A stretch of DNA of 64,000 bases, taken from Auanema rhodensis. Taxonomy: Eukaryota; Animalia; Nematoda. A program made the position numbers and the translations under genes. Of the stretch, positions 12,001 through 23,480 are shown piece by piece. Position 1 is the first letter of the stretch; each line of letters begins with the position of its first letter. The notes under the pieces were generated by a model that was given only the letters and a program-made list of their open reading frames with translations, did not search any database and was not told the origin of the DNA. The stretch is taken from the NCBI GenBank assembly GCA_964057225.1, contig OZ059896.1:1364001-1428000 (forward strand), read 5' to 3'.

Positions 12001-15000
12001 AATGATGCATTAGTGTATGTTGAGTTTCCATGTACACTCAAAATTGCTTCCAAAAACATTTTGACAAAAATTTTTTCGAAAAATTTTAAAATAATTTAGC
12101 GAAAAGTAGATGTTTTCAGATTCCTTTTTTTGAGGCAAAAACGATGGACAATGTTATTCAACGAAAAAATTAATTCTTCAGGGTGAAAATCGAGGATATA
12201 AGTGTGAACTTATATCAGTTGATATCTCGGTGCATTTTCAAGCTAGCGGAAATCTGATAACACAGATCGACGCAGCTTAAAATTCCGCATCGATTGCATT
12301 ATACTACAATGAGAAAAGCTTAATAAAAAAATTAGTTATGATCGTTTGAAAAATGATGCATTAGTGTATGTTGAGTTTCCATGTACACTCAAAATTGCTT
12401 CCAAAAACATTTTGACAAAATTTTTTTCGAAAAATTTCAAAATAATTTAGCAAAAAGTAGATGTTTTTAGATTCCTTTTTTCGAGGCAAAAACGATGGAC
12501 AATGTTATTCAACGAAAAAATTAATTCTTCAGGGTGAAAATCGAGGATATAAGTGTGAACTTATATCAAATGATATCTCGGTGCATTTTCAAGCTAGCGC
12601 AAATCTGATAGTACAGATCGACGCAGCTTAAAAATCCGCATCGAATGCACTATACTAAATTGAGAAACGCTTAATACAAAAATTAGTTATGATCGTTTGA
12701 AAAATGATGCATTAGTGTATGTTGAGTTTCCATGTACACTCAACATTGCTTCCAAAAACATTTTGACAAAAATTTTTTCGAAAATTTCAAAATAATTTAG
12801 CGAAAAGTAGATGTTTTTAGATTCCTTTTTTCGAGGCAAAAACGATGGACAATGTTATTCAACGAAAAAATTAATTCTTCAGGGTGAAAATCGAAAATAT
12901 AAGTGTGAACTTATATCAGTTGATATCTCGGTGCATTTTTCAGCTAGCGCAAATCTGATAACACAGATCGACGCAGCTTAAAAATCCGCATCGAATGCAC
13001 TATACTACATTGAGAAACGCTTAATACCAAAATTAGTTATGATCGTTTGAAAAATGATGCATTAGTGTATGTTGAGTTTCCATGTACACTCAAAATTGCT
13101 TCCAAAAACATTTTGACAAAAATTTTTTCGAAAAATTTCAAAATAATTTAGCGAAAAGTAGATGTTTTCAGATTCCTTTTTTTGAGGCAAAAACGATGGA
13201 CAATGTTATTCAACGAAAAAATTAATTCTTCAGGGTGAAAATCGAGGATATAAGTGTGAACTTATATCAGTTCATATCTCGGTGCATTTTCAAGCTAGCG
13301 CAAATCTGATAGTACAGATCGACGCAGCTTAAAAATCCGCATCGAATGCACTATACTACATTGAGAAACGCTTAATACCAAAATTAGTTATGATCGTTTG
13401 AAAAATGATGCATTAGTGTATGTTGAGTTTCCATGTACACTCAAAATTGCTTCCAAAAACATTTTGACAAAAATTTTTTCGAAAAATTTCAAAATAATTT
13501 AGCGAAAAGTAGATGTTTTTAGATTCCTTTTTTCGAGGCAAAAACGATGGACAATGTTATTCAACGAAAAAATTAATTCTTCAGGGTGAAAATCGAAAAT
13601 ATAAGTGTGAACTTATATCAGTTGATATCTCGGTGCATTTTTCAGCTAGCGCAAATCTGATAACACAGATCGACGCAGCTTAAAAATCCGCATCGAATGC
13701 ACTATACTACATTGAGAAACGCTTAATACCAAAATTAGTTATGATCGTTTGAAAAATGATGCATTAGTGTATGTTGAGTTTCCATGTACACTCAAAATTG
13801 CTTCCAAAAACATTTTGACAAAAATTTTTTCGAAAAATTTCAAAATAATTTAGCGAAAAGTAGATGTTTTCAGATTCCTTTTTTTGAGGCAAAAACGATG
13901 GACAATGTTATTCAACGAAAAAATTAATTCTTCAGGGTGAAAATCGAGGATATAAGTGTGAACTTATATCAGTTCATATCTCGGTGCATTTTCAAGCTAG
14001 CGCAAATCTGATAGTACAGATCGACGCAGCTTAAAAATCCGCATCGAATGCACTATACTACATTGAGAAACGCTTAATACAAAAATTAGTTATGATCGTT
14101 TGAAAAATGATGCATTAGTGTATGTTGAGTTTCCATGTACACTCAAAATTGCTTCCAAAAACATTTTGACAAAAATTTTTTCGAAAAATTTTAAAATAAT
14201 TTAGCGAAAAGTAGATGTTTTCAGATTCCTTTTTTTGAGGCAAAAACGATGGACAATGTTATTCAACGAAAAAATTAATTCTTCAGGGTGAAAATCGAGG
14301 ATATAAGTGTGAACTTATATCAGTTGATATCTCGGTGCATTTTCAAGCTAGCGGAAATCTGATAACACAGATCGACGCAGCTTAAAATTCCGCATCGATT
14401 GCATTATACTACAATGAGAAAAGCTTAATAAAAAAATTAGTTATGATCGTTTGAAAAATGATGCATTAGTGTATGTTGAGTTTCCATGTACACTCAAAAT
14501 TGCTTCCAAAAACATTTTGACAAAATTTTTTTCGAAAAATTTCAAAATAATTTAGCAAAAAGTAGATGTTTTTAGATTCCTTTTTTCAAAGCAAAAACGA
14601 TGGACAATGTTATTCAACGAAAAAATTAATTCTTCAGGGTGAAAATCGAGGATATAAGTGTGAACTTATATCAGTTGATATCTCGGTGCATTTTCAAGCT
14701 AGCGCAAATCTGATAACACAGATCTACACAGCTTAAAAATGCGCATTGAATGCACTATACTACATTGTGAAAAGCTTAATACAAAAATTAGTTATGATCG
14801 TTTGAAAAATGATGCATTAGTGTATGTTGAGTTTCCATGTACACTCAAAATTGCTTCCAAAAACATTTTGACAAAAATTTTTTCGAAAAATTTTAAAATA
14901 ATTTAGCGAAAAGTAGATGTTTTCAGATTCCTTTTTTTGAGGCAAAAACGATGGACAATGTTATTCAACGAAAAAATTAATTCTTCAGGGTGAAAATCGA

Positions 15001-18000
15001 GGATATAAGTGTGAACTTATATCAGTTGATATCTCGGTGCATTTTCAAGCTAGCGCAAATCTGATAGTACAGATCGACGCAGCTTAAAAATCCGCATCGA
15101 ATGCACTATACTAAATTGAGAAACGCTTAATACAAAAATTAGTTATGATCGTTTGAAAAATGATGCATTAGTGTATGTTGAGTTTCCATGTACACTCAAA
15201 ATTGCTTCCAAAAACATTTTGACAAAAATTTTTTCGAAAAATTTCAAAATAATTTAGCGAAAAGTAGATGTTTTTAGATTCCTTTTTTTGAGGCAAAAAC
15301 GAAGGACAATGTAATTCAACGAAAAAATTAATTCTTCAGGGTGAAAATCGAGGATATAGGTGTGAACTTATATCAGTTGATATCTCGGTGCATTTTCAAG
15401 CTAGCGCAAATCTGATAGTACAGATCGACGCAGCTTAAAAATCCGCATCGAATGCACTATACTACATTGAGAAACGCTTAATACAAAATTTAGTTATGAT
15501 CGTTTGAAAAATGATGCATTAGTGTATGTTGAGTTTCCATGTACACTCAAAATTGCTTCCAAAAACATTTTGACAAAAATTTTTTCGAAAAATTTCTAAA
15601 TAATTTAGCGAAAAGTAGATGTTTTTAGATTCCTTTTTTTGAGGCAAAAACGAAGGACAATGTAATTCAACGAAAAAATTAATTCTTCAGGGTGAAAATC
15701 GAGGATATAGGTGTGAACTTATATCAGTTGATATCTCGGTGCATTTTCAAGCTAGCGCAAATCCGATAGTACAGATCGACGCAGCTTAAAAATCCGCATC
15801 GAATGCACTATACTACATTGAGAAACGCTTAATACAAAATTTAGTTATGATCGTTTGAAAAATGATGCATTAGTGTATGTTGAGTTTCCATGTACACTCA
15901 ACATTGCTTCCAAAAACATTTTGACAAAAATTTTTTCGAAAAATTTCAAAATAATTTAGCGAAAAGTAGATGTTTTTAGATTCCTTTTTTCGAGGCAAAA
16001 ACGATGGACAATGTTATTCAACGAAAAAATTAATTCTTCAGGGTGAAAATCGAGGATATAAGTGTGAACTTATATCAGTTGATATCTCGGTGCATTTTCA
16101 AGCTAGCGCAAATCTGATAGTACAGATCGACGCAGCTTAAAAATCCGCATCGAATGCACTATACTACATTGAGAAACGCTTAATACAAAATTTAGTTATG
16201 ATCGTTTGAAAAATGATGCATTAGTGTATGTTGAGTTTCCATGTACACTCAACATTGCTTCCAAAAACATTTTGACAAAAATTTTTTCGAAAAATTTCAA
16301 AATAATTTAGCGAAAAGTAGATGTTTTTAGATTCCTTTTTTCGAGGCAAAAACGATGGACAATGTTATTCAACGAAAAAATTAATTCTTCAGGGTGAAAA
16401 TCGAGGATATAAGTGTGAACTTATATCAGTTGATATCTCGGTGCATTTTTAAGCTAGCGGAAATTTGATAACACAGATCGACGCAGCTTAAAAATCCGCA
16501 TCGAATGCACTATACTACATTGAGAAACGCTTAATACAAAAATTAGTTATGATCGTTTGAAAAATGATGCATTAGTGTATGTTGAGTTTCCATGTACACT
16601 CAACATTGCTTCCAAAAACATTTTGACAAAAATTTTTTCGAAAAATTTCAAAATAATTTAGCGAAAAGTAGATGTTTTTAGATTCCTTTTTTCGAGGCGA
16701 AAACGATGGACAATGTTATTCAACGAAAAAATTAATTCTTCAGGGTGAAAATCGAGGATATAAGTGTGAACTTATATCAGTTGATATCTCGGTGCATTTT
16801 CAAGCTAGCGCAAATCTGATAGTACAGATCGACGCAGCTTTAAAATCCGCATCGAATGCACTATACTACATTGAGAAACGCTTAATACAAAAATTAGTTA
16901 TGATCGTTTGAAAAATGATGCATTAGTGTATGTTGAGTTTCCATGTACACTCAAAATTGCTTCCAAAAACATTTTGACAAAAATTTTTTCAAAAAATTTC
17001 AAAATAATTTAGCGAAAAGTAGATGTTTTTAGATTCCTTTTTTCAAGGCAAAAACGATGGACAATGTTATTCAACGAAAAAATTAATTCTTCAGGGTGAA
17101 AATCGAGGATATAGGTGTGAACTTATATCAGTTGATATCTCGGTGCATTTTCAAGCTAGCGCAAATCTGATAGTACAGATCGACGCAGCTTAAAAATCCG
17201 CATCGAATGCACTATACTACATTGAGAAACGCTTAATACAAAATTTAGTTATGATCGTTTGAAAAATGATGCATTAGTGTATGTTGAGTTTCCATGTACA
17301 CTCAACATTGCTTCCAAAAACATTTTGACAAAAATTTTTTCGAAAAATTTCAAAAAAATTTAACGAAAAGTAGATGTTTTTAGATTCCTTTTTTCAAGGC
17401 AAAAACGAAGGACAATGTAATTCAACGAAAAAATTAATTCTTCAGGGTGAAAATCGAGGATATAAGTGTGAACTTATATCAGTTCATATCTCGGTGTATT
17501 TTCAAGCTAGCGCAAATCTGATAGTACAGATCGACGCAGCTTAAAAATCCGCATCGAATGCACTATACTAAATTGAGAAACGCTTAATACAAAAATTAGT
17601 TATGATCGTTTGAAAAATGATGCATTAGTGTATGTTGAGTTTCCATGTACACTCAAAATTGCTTCCAAAAACATTTTGACAAAAATTTTTTCGAAAAATT
17701 TCAAAATAATTTAGCGAAAAGTAGATGTTTTTAGATTCCTTTTTTTGAGGCAAAAACGAAGGACAATGTAATTCAACGAAAAAATTAATTCTTCAGGGTG
17801 AAAATCGAGGATATAGGTGTGAACTTATATCAGTTGATATCTCGGTGCATTTTCAAGCTAGCGCAAATCTGATAGTACAGATCGACGCAGCTTAAAAATC
17901 CGCATCGAATGCACTATACTACATTGAGAAACGCTTAATACAAAATTTAGTTATGATCGTTTGAAAAATGATGCATTAGTGTATGTTGAGTTTCCATGTA

Positions 18001-20546
18001 CACTCAAAATTGCTTCCAAAAACATTTTGACAAAAATTTTTTCGAAAAATTTCAAAATAATTTAGCGAAAAGTAGATGTTTTTAGATTCCTTTTTTTGAG
18101 GCAAAAACGAAGGACAATGTAATTCAACGAAAAAATTAATTCTTCAGGGTGAAAATCGAGGATATAGGTGTGAACTTATATCAGTTGATATCTCGGTGCA
18201 TTTTCAAGCTAGCGCAAATCCGATAGTACAGATCGACGCAGCTTAAAAATCCGCATCGAATGCACTATACTACATTGAGAAACGCTTAATACAAAATTTA
18301 GTTATGATCGTTTGAAAAATGATGCATTAGTGTATGTTGAGTTTCCATGTACACTCAACATTGCTTCCAAAAACATTTTGACAAAAATTTTTTCGAAAAA
18401 TTTCAAAATAATTTAGCGAAAAGTAGATGTTTTTAGATTCCTTTTTTCGAGGCAAAAACGATGGACAATGTTATTCAACGAAAAAATTAATTCTTCAGGG
18501 TGAAAATCGAGGATATAAGTGTGAACTTATATCAGTTGATATCTCGGTGCATTTTCAAGCTAGCGCAAATCTGATAGTACAGATCGACGCAGCTTAAAAA
18601 TCCGCATCGAATGCACTATACTACATTGAGAAACGCTTAATACAAAATTTAGTTATGATCGTTTGAAAAATGATGCATTAGTGTATGTTGAGTTTCCATG
18701 TACACTCAAAATTGCTTCCAAAAACATTTTGACAAAAATTTTTTCGAAAAATTTCAAAATAATTTAGCGAAAAGTAGATGTTTTCAGATTCCTTTTTTTG
18801 AGGCAAAAACGATGGACAATGTTATTCAACGAAAAAATTAATTCTTCAGGGTGAAAATCGAGGATATAAGTGTGAACTTATATCAGTTCATATCTCGGTG
18901 CATTTTCAAGCTAGCGCAAATCTGATAGTACAGATCGACGCAGCTTAAAAATCCGCATCGAATGCACTATACTACATTGAGAAACGCTTAATACAAAATT
19001 TAGTTATGATCGTTTGAAAAATGATGCATTAGTGTATGTTGAGTTTCCATGTACACTCAAAATTGCTTCCAAAAACATTTTGACAAAAATTTTTTCGAAA
19101 AATTTTAAAATAATTTAGCGAAAAGTAGATGTTTTCAGATTCCTTTTTTTGAGGCAAAAACGATGGACAATGTTATTCAACGAAAAAATTAATTCTTCAG
19201 GGTGAAAATCGAGGATATAAGTGTGAACTTATATCAGTTGATATCTCGGTGCATTTTCAAGCTAGCGGAAATCTGATAACACAGATCGACGCAGCTTAAA
19301 ATTCCGCATCGATTGCATTATACTACAATGAGAAAAGCTTAATAAAAAAATTAGTTATGATCGTTTGAAAAATGATGCATTCGTGTATGTTGAGTTTCCA
19401 TGTACACTCAAAATTGCTTCCAAAAACATTTTGACAAAATTTTTTTCGAAAAATTTCAAAATAATTTAGCAAAAAGTAGATGTTTTTAGATTCCTTTTTT
19501 CAAAGCAAAAACGATGGACAATGTTATTCAACGAAAAAATTAATTCTTCAGGGTGAAAATCGAGGATATAAGTGTGAACTTATATCAGTTGATATTTCGG
19601 TGCATTTTCAAGCTAGCGCAAATCTGATAACACAGATCTACACAGCTTAAAAATGCGCATTGAATGCACTATACTACATTGTGAAAAGCTTAATACAAAA
19701 ATTAGTTATGATCGTTTGAAAAATGATGCATTAGTGTATGTTGAGTTTCCATGTACACTCAAAATTGCTTCCAAAAACATTTTGACAAAAATTTTTTCGA
19801 AAAATTTCAAAATAATTTAGCAAAAAGTAGATGTTTTTAGTTTCCTTTTTTCAAGGCAAAAACGATGGACAATGTTATTCAACGAAAAAATTAATTCTTC
19901 AGGGTGAAAATCGAGGATATAAGTGTGAACTTGTATCAGTTGATATCTCGGTGCATTTTCAAGCTAGCGCAAATCTGATAACACAGATCTACACAGCTTA
20001 AAAATGCGCATTGAATGCACTATACTACATTGAGAAAAGCTTAATACAAAAATTAGTTATGATCGTTTGAAAAATGATGCATTAGTGTATGTTGAGTTTC
20101 CATGTACACTCAAAATTGCTTCCAAAAACATTTTGACAAAAATTTTTTCGAAAAATTTCAAAATAATTTAGCAAAAAGTAGATGTTTTTAGATTCCTTTT
20201 TTCAAAGCAAAAACGATGGGCAATGTTATTCAACGAAAAAATTAATTCTTCAGGGTGAAAATCGAGGATATAAGTGTGAACTTATATCAGTTGATATCTC
20301 GGTGCATTTTCAAGCTAGCGCAAATCTGATAACACAGATCGACGCAGCTTAAAATTCCGCATCGATTGCATTATACTACATTGAGAAAAGCTTAATAAAA
20401 AAATTAGTTATGACCGTTTGAAACATGATGCATTAGTGTATGTTGAGTTTCCATGTACACTCAAAAATGCTTCCAAAAACATTTTGACAAAATTTTTTTC
20501 GAAAAATTTCAAAATAATTTAGCAAAAAGTAGATGTTTTTAGATTC
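1..20546. repeat. 351-bp tandem satellite DNA array, segment 1 (~58.5 monomers; continues beyond left edge)
   Basis: AATCCGCATCGAATGCAC recurs at 1, 352, 703 and onward (period 351). Monomers are head-to-tail and differ by a few SNPs and occasional 1-bp deletions in TTTTCGAAAAATTT (near 7871, 8571, 11380, 12781). Confidence 0.99.
265..286 (+). other. Inverted repeat GATATAAGT-GTGA-ACTTATATC at this position in each 351-mer (first copy shown)
   Basis: Perfect 9-bp stem (265-273 with 278-286) and 4-nt loop GTGA, read directly. Some copies carry stem variants. Function unknown. Confidence 0.9.
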
Positions 20547-23480
20547 TTCACGTAAATTTCAAAGTCATGGTTACCATGCACCAATATCAATAAAATTTTG
20601 TTTTTAGACTAATATGTACATGGGGAATCTAATTTTGAAAACCGCATCTCTTTATCTTTCACGTGAAGCGAGTTACATACCAAGTGCACATCACGTGTAC
20701 ATTTAATTAGCATAAATTAAAGTTCACGTAAACTTCAAACTCATGGTTACCATACACCAATATCAATAAAAATTTGTTTTTAGACTAATATGGACATGGA
20801 GAATCTAATTTTAAAAACCGCATCTCTTTATCTTTCACGTGAAGCGAGTTACATACCAAGTGCACATCACGTGTACATTTAATTAGCATAAATTAAAGTT
20901 CACGTAAATTCCAAACTCATGGTTACCATACACCAATATCAATAAAAATTTGTTTTTAGACTAATATGGACATGGAAAATCTAATTTTGAAAACCGCATC
21001 TCTTTATCTTTCACGTGAAGCGAGTTACATACCAAGTGCACATCACGTGTACATTTAATTAGCATAAATTAAAGTTCACGTAAATTTCAAAGTCATGGTT
21101 ACCATGCACCAATATCAATAAAATTTTGTTTTTAGACTAATATGGACATGGGGAATCTAATTTTGAAAACCGCATCTCAAATCCGCATCGAATGCACTAT
21201 ACTACATTGAGAAACGCTTAATACAAAAATTAGTTATGATCGTTTGAAAAATGATGCATTAGTGTATGTTGAGTTTCCATGTACACTCAAAATTGCTTCC
21301 AAAAACATTTTGACAAAAATTTTTTCGAAAAATTTCAAAATAATTAAGCGAAAAGTAGATGTTTTTAGATTCCTTTTTTTGAGGCAAAAACGATGGACAA
21401 TGTTATTCAACGAAAAAATTAATTCTTCAGGGTGAAAATCGAGGATATAAGTGTGAACTTATATCAGTTGATATCTCGGTGCATTTTCAAGCTAGCGCAA
21501 ATCTGATAGTACAGATCGACGCAGCTTAAAAATCCGCATCGAATGCACTATACTACATTGAGAAACGCTTAATACAAAAATTAGTTATGATCGTTTGAAA
21601 AATGATGCATTAGTGTATGTTGAGTTTCCATGTACACTCAAAATTGCTTCCAAAAACATTTTGACAAAAATTTTTTCGAAAAATTTCAAAATAATTTAGC
21701 AAAAAGTAGATGTTTTTAGATTCCTTTTTTCAAGGCAAAAACGATGGACAATGTTATTCAACGAAAAAATTAATTCTTCAGGGTGAAAATCGAGGATATA
21801 TGTGTGAACTTATATCAGTTGATATCTCGGTGCATTTTTAAGCTAGCGCAAATCTGATAGTACAGATCGACGCAGCTTAATAATCCGCATCGAATGCACT
21901 ATACTACATTGAGAAACGCTTAATACAAAAATAAGTTATGATCGTTTGAAAAATGATGCATTAGTGTATGTTGAGTTTCCATGTACACTCAAAATTGCTT
22001 CCAAAAACATTTTGACAAAAATTTTTTCAAAAAATTTCAGAATAATTTAGCGAAAAGTAGATGTTTTTAGATTCCTTTTTTCAAGGCAAAAACGATGGAC
22101 ATTGTTATTCAACGAAAAAATTAATTCTTCAGGGTGAAAATCGAGGATATAGGTGTGAACTTATATCAGTTGACATCTCGGTGCATTTTTAAGCTAGCGC
22201 AAATCTGATAGTACAGATCGACGCAGCTTAATAATCCGCATCGAATGCACTATACTACATTGAGAAACGCTTAATACAAAAATAAGTTATGATCGTTTGA
22301 AAAATGATGCATTAGTGTATGTTGAGTTTCCATGTACACTCAAAATTGCTTCCAAAAACATTTTGACAAAAATTTTTTCAAAAAATTTCAAAATAATTTA
22401 GCGAAAAGTAGATGTTTTTAGATTCCTTTTTTCAAGGCAAAAACGATGGACAATGTTATTCAACGAAAAAATTAATTCTTCAGGGTGAAAATCGAGGATA
22501 TAGGTGTGAACTTATATCAGTTGATATCTCGGTGCATTTTTAAGCTAGCGCAAATCTGATAGTACAGATCGACGCAGCTTAATAATCCGCATCGAATGCA
22601 CTATACTACATTGAGAAACGCTTAATACAAAAATTAGTTATGATCTTTTGAAAAATGATGCATTAGTGTATGTTGAGTTTCCATGTACACTCAAAATTGC
22701 TTCCAAAAACATTTTGACAAAAATTTTTTCAAAAAATTTCAAAATAATTTAGCGAAAAGTAGATGTTTTTAGATTCCTTTTTTCAAGGCAAAAACGATGG
22801 AGAATGTTATTCAACGAAAAAATTAATTCTTCAGGGTGAAAATCGAGGATATAGGTGTGAACTTATATCAGTTGATATCTCGGTGCATTTTCAAGCTAGC
22901 GCAAATCTGATAGTACAGATCGACGCAGCTTAAAAATCCGCATCGAATGCACTATACTACATTGAGAAACGCTTAATACAAAAATTAGTTATGATCGTTT
23001 GAAAAATGATGCATTAGTGTATGTTGAGTTTCCATGTACACTCAAAATTGCTTCCAAAAACATTTTGACAAAAATTTTTTCGAAAAATTTCAAAATAATT
23101 TAGCGAAAAGTAGATGTTTTTAGATTCCTTTTTTTGAGGCAAAAACGATGGACAATGTTATTCAACGAAAAAATTAATTCTTCAGGGTGAAAATCGAGGA
23201 TATAAGTGTGAACTTATATCAGTTGATATCTCGGTGCATTTTTAAGCTAGCGGAAATTTGATAACACAGATCGACGCAGCTTAAAAATCCGCATCGAGTG
23301 CACTATACTACATTAAGAAAAGCTTAATACAAAAATTAGTTATGATCGTTTGAAAAATGATGCATTAGTGTATGTTGAGTTTCCATGTACACTCAACATT
23401 GCTTCCAAAAACATTTTGACAAAAATTTTTTCGAAAAATTTCAAAATTAATTTAGCGAAAAGTAGATGTTTTTAGATTCC
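16850..23480. repeat. Segmental duplication unit (~6.6 kb) carrying cassette copy 1; paralog at ~31015-37295
   Basis: Shared rare variants: TTTAACG 17361/31526 and ATTCCGCATCGATT 19302/33467 (offset 14165), cassette start 20547/35063 (offset 14516), GCATCGAGTG 23298/37112 (offset 13814). The offsets differ by whole monomers. Boundaries are approximate. Confidence 0.85.
20547..21178. repeat. 632-bp interruption made of a second satellite: 3 x 176 bp + 104 bp partial (copy 1)
   Basis: TTCACGTAAA recurs at 20547, 20723, 20899 and 21075 (period 176). The sequence does not align colinearly with the 351-mer, which resumes at 21179 (AAATCCGCATCG). Confidence 0.97.

Noticed and set aside
20547-21178. 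Cassette as a MITE, SINE or TRIM/LTR element (104-bp direct terminal repeats)
   Set aside because: The terminal repeats are just the tandem phase of the 176-mer. There is no TSD, TIR, TG..CA ends or poly(A), host sequence is deleted, and both copies share the same flanks, indicating duplication rather than transposition.
21244-21435. 63-aa ORF just after cassette 1
   Set aside because: Created by a single TAG>AAG SNP in one monomer, starts at TTG, and is absent after cassette 2.
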